Positions 38,973-49,785 of a DNA stretch of 64,000 nucleotides are shown piece by piece; position 1 is the stretch's first letter; every line of letters starts with the position of its first letter. Made by a program: the position numbers and the translations under genes. The notes beneath the pieces were generated by a model, which did not search any database, was not told the DNA's origin, and worked only from the letters and a program-made list of their open reading frames with translations. Source of the stretch: Gillisia hiemivivida (lineage in GTDB: Bacteria > Bacteroidota > Bacteroidia > Flavobacteriales > Flavobacteriaceae); the NCBI RefSeq assembly GCF_007997295.1, contig NZ_VORY01000008.1, positions 76,596 to 140,595 of the forward strand. The letters are read 5' to 3'.

Positions 38973-40079
38973 TTATTTGAAACCATTTATATAGTAAGAA
39001 GTACTTCGCCCTCCACCTTCCTTGGTGAGAATACCTTTGTCACAAAGATCTTGTAAATCCCTTGTGGCTGTTGGTTTGGAGGTTTTGTTCAAGGAAACAT
39101 ATTTTCTGGCATTCATTCCACCATCAAAACCTTTGGGGCCAGATTTGAGCATACGTCGAATAGCTTTCTCCTGTCTTTGGTTTAATTGATGTTTATTACG
39201 GTCAAAAAACTTAGTTTTTTTAAGGGTAAACTCAATCAGGGATTCGGCATCTATCTGAGCAGAAATAGTAGTCTTTACAAAGTAATTGATCCACTGAGTA
39301 ATTTCATTTGATCTTTGGGCCAGTTGCAAAGCAGCATAATAGTTTTTCTTTTTTCCTTCCATTGCTTTAGAAAGACTCAATAATACAGGCCGGTCCATAT
39401 ACTGTGAAAGAGCTTTTTCTGAAATGGCTCGTCCAATACGTCCGTTTCCATCTTCAAAGGGATGGATTGTTTCGAAATAAAGGTGTGCAATAGCAGCACG
39501 AAGTATTGGTTTTTTTATTTCCATTTCTCCTCCACGAGCGGTTTGGTTAAACCACTGGATAAAGCGTTTCATTTCTTTGGCAACTATTTTGGAAGGAGGA
39601 GCTTCGTAATGTATTTTTTCTTTTCCCATTGCTCCCGATATCACCTGCATTGGTTCTTCGTGAGTTCGCCATTGTCCAGCCTGAATTTTGGGGTTTCCCT
39701 TCATTAACAACTTATGCCAGCTGAAAAGGTTTTCTTTAGTAAGATCTTCTTTAAAAGTTTTTTGGGCATCGATCATTAATTCTGATATACCTTCGGCAGT
39801 TTTATCTTTTGAAATAATATCGGTTTTTAATCCAAGATTCTTTTTAATAGATGACATTACATCTTTCCTGCTAAGATATTCTCCTTCGATCTCTGAAGTT
39901 TTGAGAGCTTCGGAAACCAGCAATTCTATAATGGCTTCACTCTTTGTTTCTTCCGGTAAACCTTCGAGGATACCATTAATCTTTCCCGTTCTTTGTGAAT
40001 AATCATAAAGCAAATCTTCCACCTCTTCAGTAGAATATTGAAAGTTTGGCCAATCTGCCTGTTGCCAATTATACTTCAT
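38973..40079 (-). CDS. fic: Fic family protein (Fic/DOC AMPylase-type fold with C-terminal wHTH)
   Basis: The canonical Fic motif HPFEDGNGRIGRA is present. The last ~30 codons (38994-39085) are the source of repeat copies A and B. Confidence 0.85.
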   Translation of the reverse strand: MKYNWQQADWPNFQYSTEEVEDLLYDYSQRTGKINGILEGLPEETKSEAIIELLVSEALKTSEIEGEYLSRKDVMSSIKKNLGLKTDIISKDKTAEGISELMIDAQKTFKEDLTKENLFSWHKLLMKGNPKIQAGQWRTHEEPMQVISGAMGKEKIHYEAPPSKIVAKEMKRFIQWFNQTARGGEMEIKKPILRAAIAHLYFETIHPFEDGNGRIGRAISEKALSQYMDRPVLLSLSKAMEGKKKNYYAALQLAQRSNEITQWINYFVKTTISAQIDAESLIEFTLKKTKFFDRNKHQLNQRQEKAIRRMLKSGPKGFDGGMNARKYVSLNKTSKPTATRDLQDLCDKGILTKEGGGRSTSYYINGFK

Positions 40080-40286
40080 GAGCCGATTATATATTTTATT
40101 CGGCTCAAATATACAAAATAAATGATTTGATTAAGGAGCTTATTCGGCTCATAAGTTTCCAGAGCCCAAAAAAGCTTTTCACACTCTATTAGAGTGATAA
40201 AATTTCTTAGAATCATGGCTAACTTATAAACCTTGAGGTGATTTAAATTCTTTTTGCTCCTTTCTAGTGATTAAACCCGAAAAAAA

Positions 40287-41702
40287 TTAAATAGATTCAC
40301 CTCTGTAATAATCTAGTACTTTTAACCTAATTAAATACTCATATTTGGCATTTGCAAGATTGATTCTGGCACGGTCAAGATTGTTTTTACTTATTATATA
40401 TTCCACAATATTGGAAACCCCATTTGTAAACCTTATTTCATTTACTTCATAGGATTGCCCATAGGCATTTACCTGATCTTGGAGGATAAAAAAGTTTTCA
40501 TAAGCGGCTTCCATATCATTGTGAGCCTTTTTGATAGCCTGCAAAAATTGGTTTTTAGTGTTTTCCAATTCAAGTGTGGCATCTTCTAATTGAATCTTCT
40601 TGATTTGAACATTCCTGTTTGCCCTAAAACCATTAAAAATGGGAATATCGACTGCGACCCCAACTACCGAGTTTAAATTATTTTCGAACTGATCTGAATA
40701 AGATATTTTTTCCTCTGCAAATTGAATTTGGTTAGTTGTTACAGGAAAAATCACATCGTCCAAAGTGACAAATTGCCCGGTTTCAACAAGTTGAGTGCCC
40801 GTCTCGTTGAATAACCTGGCGACACTGGAATAATTAGTGTTCAATTGTGCAAAAAAAGAAATATCAGGGGCAAATAGCGAACGGGAAACTGCTACATCTT
40901 CCTCTACAGCCTGTATTCTCAAGCGTTTTGCTTCAAAAGTCGCCAGATTTTCTAAGGAAGTTTCGTACGTTTCCTCAGGGGATAAACGGAACTTCTCCAG
41001 TTCTGCAGAGACTTGAAAATCTTGTATGTTTATTTCAGAATCTACATTTAATAGTTGGCCTAGCTCAAGTTTAGACTGATAAAGGTTATTTTTAGCATCC
41101 ACTATAATAGATTGGTCGTTATTTACCTGTCCCCTAATATCAGTATAATCTGCTGGGTTACCCTGGCCTTGTTCATTCAGAATTTTTAACCTGTTGGTTT
41201 GCTGCTTGGTGCTTTCCAGTCTTAACCTCGCCAATTCTAGAAGATCCTGATTGTTCAAGACCTGGAAATAAGCCAGTGTAACTTCAAGAATTAGCTGTTG
41301 CCGTTCAGCTTCAGCTTCAGCTTCAGAAGCTTTCATGTTAAACCGGTCTCTTTGGATGGAATTTCTGAGTTCAAATCCGTTGAAGATCTGTGCATTTAGA
41401 CTAAGACTGGCGTTGCTAAAATTTAATTTTTGGTCTATGAAGTCGTTGGTAAAAGGATCGATACTCCGACCATTATTTACACCATAATTGTACCTACCAT
41501 TTAAATTAGGAAGCACTTCAGCCCGCGTTCCCTTGAAATTGAGTTTTGCGGTTTCTGCCTGTAAGTGTGATCTTTTTAGGTTGATGTTATTCTTTAGTGC
41601 AATCTCAATACTTTCCTTCAGTGAAAGTTTATCTGTAGGAGTTTCCTGCGAATAAAGATGAATTGAAAGTAGGAATGATAAAATGATGATGAATGTTCTC
41701 AA
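40287..41702 (-). CDS. TolC-family outer membrane efflux protein
   Basis: A signal peptide (MRTFIIILSFLLSIHLYSQ) is present. Two TolC-like repeat halves with coiled-coil segments follow. It sits at the distal end of the efflux operon. Confidence 0.8.
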   Translation of the reverse strand: MRTFIIILSFLLSIHLYSQETPTDKLSLKESIEIALKNNINLKRSHLQAETAKLNFKGTRAEVLPNLNGRYNYGVNNGRSIDPFTNDFIDQKLNFSNASLSLNAQIFNGFELRNSIQRDRFNMKASEAEAEAERQQLILEVTLAYFQVLNNQDLLELARLRLESTKQQTNRLKILNEQGQGNPADYTDIRGQVNNDQSIIVDAKNNLYQSKLELGQLLNVDSEINIQDFQVSAELEKFRLSPEETYETSLENLATFEAKRLRIQAVEEDVAVSRSLFAPDISFFAQLNTNYSSVARLFNETGTQLVETGQFVTLDDVIFPVTTNQIQFAEEKISYSDQFENNLNSVVGVAVDIPIFNGFRANRNVQIKKIQLEDATLELENTKNQFLQAIKKAHNDMEAAYENFFILQDQVNAYGQSYEVNEIRFTNGVSNIVEYIISKNNLDRARINLANAKYEYLIRLKVLDYYRGESI

Positions 41703-41713
41703 AATTGAAATTT

Positions 41714-42379
41714 TTATGATTTTTGAACGCTTCCGTCCAGAAGGTTGATGATTCGTGAGCCATAAGCCGCATTACTCTCAGAATGGGAGGCCTGAATAAT
41801 AGTAACCCCTTCTTGATTCAATTCCTTGAATAGCTGCATGATCTCGTCGCTTTGTTTGGAATTAAGATTTCCGGTAGGTTCATCGGCAAGAATTAGCTTC
41901 GGCTTAATAATTAACGCCCTGGCAATACCGACTAATTGCTGTTGTCCGCCACTTAGTTGATGCGGAAAAAGGTCTTTCTTTCCAACAATGTTGAAACGAT
42001 CAAGAATATCTGCTACTAGAGCCTTTCTTTCTGAACTTTTTACTTTTTTATACAGCAGCGGAGTTTCAATATTTTCATACACCGTTAGATCATCCAACAG
42101 ATGGTAAGCTTGGAAAATAAAACCGATGTTTTGATTGAAAATGTCAGTTCTTTTTTTTGATTTCAAATTATGGATAGCTTCATCTTCAAAGTAATATTCT
42201 CCTTCATCAAAATCGTCAAGCATGGCGATGACATTAAGCAAAGTTGATTTTCCCGAACCGGAAGGGCCCATGATGGAAAGGAATTCGCCTTGTTCCACGT
42301 TTAGGCTTAGGTCATTCAGTAGAAAAATTCGTCGTCCACCTGATTTTACCCATTTATAGATATGATTTAGTTTTAGCAT
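41714..42379 (-). CDS. ABC transporter ATP-binding protein (MacB/LolD-type)
   Basis: Walker A is [12 protein letters not shown], the ABC signature is [15 protein letters not shown], and Walker B is [11 protein letters not shown]. Confidence 0.85.
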   Translation of the reverse strand: MLKLNHIYKWVKSGGRRIFLLNDLSLNVEQGEFLSIMGPSGSGKSTLLNVIAMLDDFDEGEYYFEDEAIHNLKSKKRTDIFNQNIGFIFQAYHLLDDLTVYENIETPLLYKKVKSSERKALVADILDRFNIVGKKDLFPHQLSGGQQQLVGIARALIIKPKLILADEPTGNLNSKQSDEIMQLFKELNQEGVTIIQASHSESNAAYGSRIINLLDGSVQKS

Positions 42380-42454
42380 TAGTCTTTTATTTTTTATTAT
42401 TATTAATTTTCTACTTTTTTTTGGTCAATGTCCGCAATCCGCGGACAAGGGGGC

Positions 42455-44866
42455 TTATTCCGTTTTTAAACTTTTTATGGGGTTTACGCTGGCAGCTTTA
42501 TAGCTTTTAATGCTGATGGTCAAAAATGCAATTCCTATGGTGATACCCGCAGCCAAGAGGTAAAGCCACCAGTGAATTTCGGTGCGATAAGCAAAATCCT
42601 GTAACCATTTGTTCATTAAATAATAACTAAGTGGGAAGGCGATTAAGAAGGATATTCCTACAAGCTTTAGAAAATCTTTCGAGAGCAGTGCAACGATCTG
42701 GGATGCTGAAGAACCCAGCACTTTTCTAATCCCAATTTCCTTAAAACGCTGTTCTGCCGTAAAGGTCACCAGGCCGAATAATCCTAGGCAGGCAACAATA
42801 ATGGTAAGAATGGCGAAAAGGCTGAGAATAGTTCCCATTTTTCGTTCTTTTAAATAAGTGTGATTGTAAGAGTCGTCCAAAACACTGTAATCAAAACCTT
42901 CTTTTACATTGTAAGCATTCCAGCGCCCGTTGAGGTTTTCAATAAGCCCCGACATATCGGCAACTTTGGAGCGGATGATGATACCGCCGTATGGATTGTA
43001 TTTTAAAATAAGGGGTTCAATTTCCTGGTGTAGCGATTTAAAATTGAAGTTTTTAATAACGCCAATTATCGTCATTGTTTTTAGCCCATCATGCGTATCA
43101 CGTTGAAAAGATTTTTCGATAGGATTTTTTTTGAAGCCTAGAATTTCCACGGCTTTTTGGTTTAGAATTACCTTATCGGACTCAGCTCCAAAATCTTCTG
43201 AAAAATTTCGGCCTTCCAATACTTCCATGCCCATGGTGGGAATATAATTTTCATCTACATTATAAAATGACATTCTGCGTTGAAATTCGTTGTTTTTGAA
43301 GATTCCGCCAACCTCGTTATCACTTTCGCCTGCAGGGACAAATGCTGAATGTGTTACATTTTCCACCAGTGGATTATTTTTAATCTCGTCTATAAAATTA
43401 TCTTCATTATTCCCCAGCAGATATGAGTTTCTAACCACCAAAAGCTGATCCTTCTCATAGCCTAACTCTTTATTTTGAATAAAATTCATCTGCTCTTTTA
43501 CTACCAGGGTTGAGAGAATAAGTCCTGCTGAGATCACAAATTGAAAAATAACGAGTCCGCTTCTAATTCCGGAGTTTTTTCCGCTACCAGAAAATTTAGA
43601 TTTTAGAGCACTCAAAGGATTGAAGGAGGAAAGGTAAAATGCCGGATATCCGCCAGCAATAAAACCAATAATAAGGATAAGACTAAAAATAGCCAATATC
43701 ACTTCTGGAGAAAGCAAATATTGAAAATTCAAATCCTTCCCTGCTAATTGATTGAAAATAGGAAGCGACATCGATACAAGAATGATGGCCAGAAAAGCCG
43801 CAAGAAAAGTCGAGATAAACGATTCTGCCAGAAACTGATAAATAAGTTGTTTTTTATTGGAGCCAAGCACTTTCCTGATGCCTACTTCTTTCGCCCTTTT
43901 CGATGCTGAAGCCGTTGCCAAGTTCATAAAATTAATACAGGCAATCACCAGCATAAAGATCGCCACCGCACTAAAAATATAGACATATTTAATATCGCCG
44001 CCTTGTTCCAGGGTGGTGGAATCAGAAAAATCGGAATGCAAATGAATATCTGTAAGCGGTTGCAGGAAAAGTCCAATTTCATTCTCTTTGGTGAATTCAG
44101 TAAAAGTCATCCCCAAAGCTTCTTTTAATTGCGGGCCCATATATTTTTCAGAAATAGCCGGAAGCTTTGATTCAACAACATCGATATCTGCACCTTTTTT
44201 CAAAACTAAAAAGGTAAAAAAATCAGATTCCATCCAGCTTGTCTTTTTTGCCTGTGCATATCCCAATGTGGAAACGAGGAGATCAAAATGAAAATGGGAG
44301 TTTTTGGGCATATCCTCCATCACACCAGTAACTAAAAGGTTTTCATCCCTATTAGTTACCTTCAGCATTTTACCTATGGGATCTGTATTTCCGAAGGTAT
44401 TTTCAGCGAAAGATTTGGAGATGACGACGGTGTTAGGTTTATCCAGCGGCTCAGTTTTAGCACCCTGAATAATTGGAAGGGTGAATACTTCAAAAAAATT
44501 AGGATCTACATAAGCCAGGCTGCTCTGGCCATAATAAGCACCGTTGTATTCTATACGATTATTATATGATTTCGCCAGTCTGGTTGATTGGGTAACTTCG
44601 GGAAGATCATTTTTAAGAACCTGTGCAACGGGAGCCATCACCACGGCTTCTTTCATTTCTTCCCCGTTTACATTTGCCCTAAAGACTACGCGAACGATCC
44701 TGTCTGCTTTTTCATGAAAACGATCATAGCTCAGTTCATCAGACACATAAAGCATGATCAACAGGCAGGAAGCAATGCCAATAGCCAAACCGGCAATATT
44801 GATAGAAAAAATACCTTTATTTTTGGTGATATTTCTCCAGCCGGTTTTTATATAGTTTTTGATCAT
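42455..44866 (-). CDS. ABC transporter permease, tandem double FtsX-domain (MacB-like) paralog 1
   Basis: The ~800-aa architecture is TM1 (IFSINIAGLAIGIASCLLIML), periplasmic domain, FtsX 3-TM bundle, then the same again. The C-terminus is ASVNPIKSLKTE. Confidence 0.8.
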   Translation of the reverse strand: MIKNYIKTGWRNITKNKGIFSINIAGLAIGIASCLLIMLYVSDELSYDRFHEKADRIVRVVFRANVNGEEMKEAVVMAPVAQVLKNDLPEVTQSTRLAKSYNNRIEYNGAYYGQSSLAYVDPNFFEVFTLPIIQGAKTEPLDKPNTVVISKSFAENTFGNTDPIGKMLKVTNRDENLLVTGVMEDMPKNSHFHFDLLVSTLGYAQAKKTSWMESDFFTFLVLKKGADIDVVESKLPAISEKYMGPQLKEALGMTFTEFTKENEIGLFLQPLTDIHLHSDFSDSTTLEQGGDIKYVYIFSAVAIFMLVIACINFMNLATASASKRAKEVGIRKVLGSNKKQLIYQFLAESFISTFLAAFLAIILVSMSLPIFNQLAGKDLNFQYLLSPEVILAIFSLILIIGFIAGGYPAFYLSSFNPLSALKSKFSGSGKNSGIRSGLVIFQFVISAGLILSTLVVKEQMNFIQNKELGYEKDQLLVVRNSYLLGNNEDNFIDEIKNNPLVENVTHSAFVPAGESDNEVGGIFKNNEFQRRMSFYNVDENYIPTMGMEVLEGRNFSEDFGAESDKVILNQKAVEILGFKKNPIEKSFQRDTHDGLKTMTIIGVIKNFNFKSLHQEIEPLILKYNPYGGIIIRSKVADMSGLIENLNGRWNAYNVKEGFDYSVLDDSYNHTYLKERKMGTILSLFAILTIIVACLGLFGLVTFTAEQRFKEIGIRKVLGSSASQIVALLSKDFLKLVGISFLIAFPLSYYLMNKWLQDFAYRTEIHWWLYLLAAGITIGIAFLTISIKSYKAASVNPIKSLKTE

Positions 44867-44918
44867 GAGTTTTTATTTTATACCTGTAAGGTTCTAGAAA
44901 CCTTGCAGGCCTGTTGGA

Positions 44919-47294
44919 TTATTCCGTTCTTAGATTTTTCACCGGATTTGCAATGGCTGCTTTAATAGCCTGAAAACAGACTATAACCAAAGCAAGGGAT
45001 ACTGCAAATACACCGGAAAGTAAAAATACTTGCCATTCAATTTCAGTTTGATATGCAAAATCCTGAAGCCATTTATTTGCAAGATACCATGCAACTGGTG
45101 ATGCGATTAATACTGCTAAAGCTGTTAGTTTGATGAAATCTTTTGATAGTAAAGTGGTTATCTCCAAAACACTTGCGCCCAAAACCTTTCTAACTCCAAT
45201 CTCTTTAACTCTTCGCTGAGCCGTGAAAGTGGCAAGGCCTAAAAGTCCAAGCCCTGCAATTATAATAGTCAAAATAATAAAGAAACTGAACATTCTGGAT
45301 AAGCGCTCTTCAGATTTGAAAAGAGCATTGAATTTATCATCCATAAATTGATAATCAAAAGGTGTTTCAGAATCGTATTTATTATAACTATCTGCTAAGC
45401 TTGAGATTAGTCCTTGCAAGTTTTCAGTGTTACCATATTTTATGTATAAAAAGCCTGTTCCAGAAAATTGATCTCGCTTTGATACCTTAAGCCCCAAAGC
45501 ATCTATAGGATTCTCCAAAGAAGCATAATTAAAATCTTTGACCACACCAACGATTTCTTGAGGACTTCCCGCCAATTCTATGAATTCTCCTCTTGGATCT
45601 TGGCTAAGCTTGAATTTTTCAATTGCCGTTTCATTTATTATTATTTTCTTACCTGCAGTTATTAATTCTTCGTTTGCCGGTTTAAATCTCCATTTTACAT
45701 CCAGAACGTTCAGGAAGCGATTATCAACCTGCATAAGTGGAAGTGCTAATGACTCTGTTTTTTCAGTAGAAGCATAGAATATATCGTATCCATCATAAAT
45801 TTGATTATTTGATATTGCAGTGTTTTCTACTCCAGGATTTTTTTCAATCTCATTCCTAAATGCCTGAGAATTATTCCCCATGCTCTTTTGAAGTGGTAGT
45901 ATTAAAATTTCTGAACGATCTAACCCAGTATTTAATGTTTTTAGATAATCCATTTGTTGTTTGATGATAATCCCGCCAATTATTAGAACTACTGCTACAG
46001 TAAATTGAACAGTGGTACATGTTTTTCTAATTAAATTCCTACCAAATTTTCCCTGCGATTTCTTTCTGAAATTTTCTATAGGATTAAATGATGACATTAC
46101 AAATGAAGGATAGATACCAGCCAGTAGAATACTCACTACGTAGATTGCACCAAGAATTATTAAAAATATGGGATGGAAAAAGAACCCGCCGTCAATTTCA
46201 ATATTTAGGGAATTGAAAAATCGTTTTTCAAGAGAATAGCTCAAGATTCCGGCTATTATAAACGATATGCTGACGTATAATGCAGATTCCGCATAAAACT
46301 GAAGTGCGATATTTTTTCTGTTGGCACCATTTACTTTCCTCACAGCAACTTCTTTTGCCCTGGAATCGGATCTTGCGGTAGTAAGGCTCATATAATTGAT
46401 TAGTGCAAGAAGTAAAATAAATAGGGCGATAAGAGGAAATAATTCCAGATATTTTATTCCGCTATCAAACTTTGATTTTAGATGCTTGTCTTCTAATGGA
46501 GCCAACAAATATTCATCTTTAGATTGCGTACTAGCCTGCTTACTTAGCTTTTGAGCAGTTTCGCTAACAGATGCTACATTTTCGATATTATCCAGTTTTA
46601 GAAAAGTTGCGAAAGATCCACCCTGAAAAATTTGAGAACTGAAATTTCGCTCATTCTCCTTCATTTTTTCCATGGTGGCAATGGAAGTGATAAATTCGGT
46701 TTTAATGCTGGAGTTTGATGGGCTGTTTTCAACTACGCCGGTAATCTGAAACTGATAAGTGCTATCTTTTATAATCTCAAGCTTTTGACCAATAGGATCC
46801 CTCTTTCCAAAATATTTTTTCGATATTTCTTCGGAAATCACCAAACTGAATGGTCTTTTCAAAACCATTTCTTTATTTCCCTGAATAAGATTGAAAGAAA
46901 AGAAATTGAAGAAATTCTCATCGGTATAAAAGAAGTTGGATTCAGAATAACTCTGAGGTGTTCCTTCTGTAGTTTTTACAATTACCGGTTTGTATTCAGA
47001 ATTTATACGTAATCCTGCTTCTACGGATGGAGATTTTTCAACCAAGTCACCTGCAACTACGGGGCTAAAATTCTGCATAAAAATGGTTTGGTCTCCAAAT
47101 TCAGCCTTGCCCTCTAATTGATATATTCTTTCTGAATCTGCATGAAATTTATCATAACTATATTCATGCGACACGTAGAACATAATGAGTATGCATGCCG
47201 ATAAACCAAGGGACAGACCTCCGATATTTATAAAACTATAAAGCTTGTTTCTGCGGAGATTCCTGAATGCTATTTTGATATAATTTCTGATCAT
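44919..47294 (-). CDS. ABC transporter permease, double FtsX-domain paralog 2
   Basis: It has the same architecture as paralog 1. The C-terminus is IANPVKNLRTE. Confidence 0.8.
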   Translation of the reverse strand: MIRNYIKIAFRNLRRNKLYSFINIGGLSLGLSACILIMFYVSHEYSYDKFHADSERIYQLEGKAEFGDQTIFMQNFSPVVAGDLVEKSPSVEAGLRINSEYKPVIVKTTEGTPQSYSESNFFYTDENFFNFFSFNLIQGNKEMVLKRPFSLVISEEISKKYFGKRDPIGQKLEIIKDSTYQFQITGVVENSPSNSSIKTEFITSIATMEKMKENERNFSSQIFQGGSFATFLKLDNIENVASVSETAQKLSKQASTQSKDEYLLAPLEDKHLKSKFDSGIKYLELFPLIALFILLLALINYMSLTTARSDSRAKEVAVRKVNGANRKNIALQFYAESALYVSISFIIAGILSYSLEKRFFNSLNIEIDGGFFFHPIFLIILGAIYVVSILLAGIYPSFVMSSFNPIENFRKKSQGKFGRNLIRKTCTTVQFTVAVVLIIGGIIIKQQMDYLKTLNTGLDRSEILILPLQKSMGNNSQAFRNEIEKNPGVENTAISNNQIYDGYDIFYASTEKTESLALPLMQVDNRFLNVLDVKWRFKPANEELITAGKKIIINETAIEKFKLSQDPRGEFIELAGSPQEIVGVVKDFNYASLENPIDALGLKVSKRDQFSGTGFLYIKYGNTENLQGLISSLADSYNKYDSETPFDYQFMDDKFNALFKSEERLSRMFSFFIILTIIIAGLGLLGLATFTAQRRVKEIGVRKVLGASVLEITTLLSKDFIKLTALAVLIASPVAWYLANKWLQDFAYQTEIEWQVFLLSGVFAVSLALVIVCFQAIKAAIANPVKNLRTE

Positions 47295-47331
47295 TGTTCT
47301 TATATTTAGAAAATCTCGGGGGTCTTGTTTG

Positions 47332-49749
47332 TTATTCAGCCCTTAAACTTTTTACTGGATTCTGCATAGCGGCTTTTATTGTTCTAAAACTAATGGTGAA
47401 AATGGCAAATCCAATAGCAAGAATCCCCGCAAACAGGAAAATCCAGATATTCAGCTCCATTCGATAGGGATAATTTTTCAACCATTCATCACTGAAATAC
47501 CAGGCAATTGGTGTTGCGATCACAAATGCAATGCCAACGAGTTTCAGAAAATCTGAAGTGAGCATCACGGTAATCTTCCCAACACTGGCGCCTACTATTT
47601 TTCGTATTCCTATTTCTTTTCGGCGTTGAGATACAACCAGCAGGGAAATAGCGAAAAGTCCCACGCAGCTTAAAATGATGGCAATCACAGATCCGCTGGT
47701 GATCATCGTGGTCATATTTCGCTCTTTTTCCAGGGTTCGGTTTATATTTTCATCCAGGAAAGAACCCAAAAATTCAGCATTTGGTTCTATCTTATTCCAG
47801 GCCAGTTTTACTTCATTAAAAGAATTGTTTAGGTTTTGAGATGCTACTTTCACATAGCCATAGCGTAAATTCCACTTTGGTTTCAGGAAAATAGTGAGGG
47901 GTTCAATTTCTTTGTCGATTGACTGAAAATTATAATCTTTCACCACACCAATAATCGTATACTGAAGACTGTCATCTATAGCAATATTTGAACTCAAGAT
48001 TTCCTTCTCATTTAACTCTCTGGCCATAGCTTCGTTAATAATAACAGAAAGCGTATCTGAAGGACGGGAAGCATCAAAACTTCTTCCATTAATTAATTCC
48101 AGGTCCACAGTTTCCGGATACTCATAATCCACCATAAGGATATTGGTTTTAACCACTCTTCCTTGGTGTTCAAAACCTATTATACTGGAAGTAGTGCTAT
48201 GGTCTTTTCCGATTCCCAGGATATTATTGCTGGCGCTTATATTTATTATTTCGGGTTTATTCTGAAGTTCATTCCGAAGCAATTGCATAGTCCTGAAATC
48301 ATCTTTTTTTCCGTTGAGCGGAAAAGAGATCACCTGTTCTTTATTAAAGCCGAGATCTTTATTTCTCATAAACTGAAGCTGGTTCCAAAGTACAAGCGTA
48401 CCGCTAATCAGAAGTATCGCAATGCTAAACTGAATTACGATCAATGTATTCCTCAACCGGTTGCCACCATTCAAATTGATTTTTCCTTTCAGCGCTTTTA
48501 AAGTTCCAAGCTTACTGAGCAACAATGCGGGATATCCGCCGGCGATAAAGGTGATAAGTGCAACTGCCGAAATGAAACTAAAGATGCTCCAGAAACTGAT
48601 GACATTTTCAAACGAAGCACGGGTATTGAAAAGCGTTTGAAAAGGCTCCATAAGCAATTTTGCCAGGAGTAAACCCAATGATATCGCACCAATGAAAACA
48701 AGAATGCTTTCTCCCCAAAACTGGAAGAATAACTGAGCTCTCCCGGCTCCAAGTGTCTTGCGCATACCAATTTCCCGCAATCGCTGAGAACTCTTTGCAA
48801 TGTTCATATTTATAAAATTCACACTGGCAATAAACAAGATCAAAAAGGCGATTCCCAGGATTAAGTATGGATAGGTTCTGTTCACTGTGATTTCACCATT
48901 CCCGATTTCTGCAAAATTCAAATTCTTTACGGATAAAAGTCGCTGCTGGATATATTGGCCTTCCTTACCTGGTTGCGCACCATCCCTTTTGGCATTGCTA
49001 ATATCATTGGCATAATGGAGATTTGAAAAATCGCGGGTAGAATTTTCAAATTGAGTAGGGGAGATCCCTTCAACCAGTTGCATATAGACCTCGTGGTTGG
49101 AATTATCCCATCTGCCTACATTGCGTCCATAAGCATGTTCATTCTGACTTGTAAAGTTCAGAGCAATATCGAATTCAATATTGCTTTCCACAGGAAGATC
49201 TTTAATTATAGAAGTTACGGTAAATGGAACCTCCTGTCCATCAATAAAAATATTAAGCGAATTCCCAAGGGCTGTTTCGTTGCCAAAAAGTGTTTTTGCT
49301 ACTTTTTCGGTAAGGGCAACTTCAGATTTGCCTGAAACTGGATTTTCATCTCCCTTTAATACCGGAAAAGTGAAAATTGCAAAGAATTCAGGATCTACAA
49401 AAGCCGATTGTAAATGAACTTGATTTTCGCCTATACTTACCAGAACGCCACCGCTGCTGAAACGGGTGATTTTTTCCACTCCCGGAACTTCTTCTTTTAG
49501 CGCACTTGCAAATGGCACCGGATTCGCAATTCCAGCCTCAGGCCCTTTGGGGGTATATTCTGTATGGTAAACCTGGAAAATATTATCTGCATTTTCATGG
49601 AACTTATTGAAAGAAAGCTCAAAAAGCGAATAAATGGAAAGTAGGATCGCTGCCCCAAACGCTACTGAAAGTCCAAAAACATTTAGAAAAGTAAAGGTCT
49701 TCTCCTTCCAGAGACTTCGCCAAGCGATTTTAAAATAGTTCTTGATCAT
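47332..49749 (-). CDS. ABC transporter permease, double FtsX-domain paralog 3
   Basis: It has the same architecture as paralog 1. The C-terminus is MQNPVKSLRAE. Confidence 0.8.
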   Translation of the reverse strand: MIKNYFKIAWRSLWKEKTFTFLNVFGLSVAFGAAILLSIYSLFELSFNKFHENADNIFQVYHTEYTPKGPEAGIANPVPFASALKEEVPGVEKITRFSSGGVLVSIGENQVHLQSAFVDPEFFAIFTFPVLKGDENPVSGKSEVALTEKVAKTLFGNETALGNSLNIFIDGQEVPFTVTSIIKDLPVESNIEFDIALNFTSQNEHAYGRNVGRWDNSNHEVYMQLVEGISPTQFENSTRDFSNLHYANDISNAKRDGAQPGKEGQYIQQRLLSVKNLNFAEIGNGEITVNRTYPYLILGIAFLILFIASVNFINMNIAKSSQRLREIGMRKTLGAGRAQLFFQFWGESILVFIGAISLGLLLAKLLMEPFQTLFNTRASFENVISFWSIFSFISAVALITFIAGGYPALLLSKLGTLKALKGKINLNGGNRLRNTLIVIQFSIAILLISGTLVLWNQLQFMRNKDLGFNKEQVISFPLNGKKDDFRTMQLLRNELQNKPEIINISASNNILGIGKDHSTTSSIIGFEHQGRVVKTNILMVDYEYPETVDLELINGRSFDASRPSDTLSVIINEAMARELNEKEILSSNIAIDDSLQYTIIGVVKDYNFQSIDKEIEPLTIFLKPKWNLRYGYVKVASQNLNNSFNEVKLAWNKIEPNAEFLGSFLDENINRTLEKERNMTTMITSGSVIAIILSCVGLFAISLLVVSQRRKEIGIRKIVGASVGKITVMLTSDFLKLVGIAFVIATPIAWYFSDEWLKNYPYRMELNIWIFLFAGILAIGFAIFTISFRTIKAAMQNPVKSLRAE

Positions 49750-49785
49750 GATGTCTGCTTTAAAAATGGTTCACTTATTTTATAT

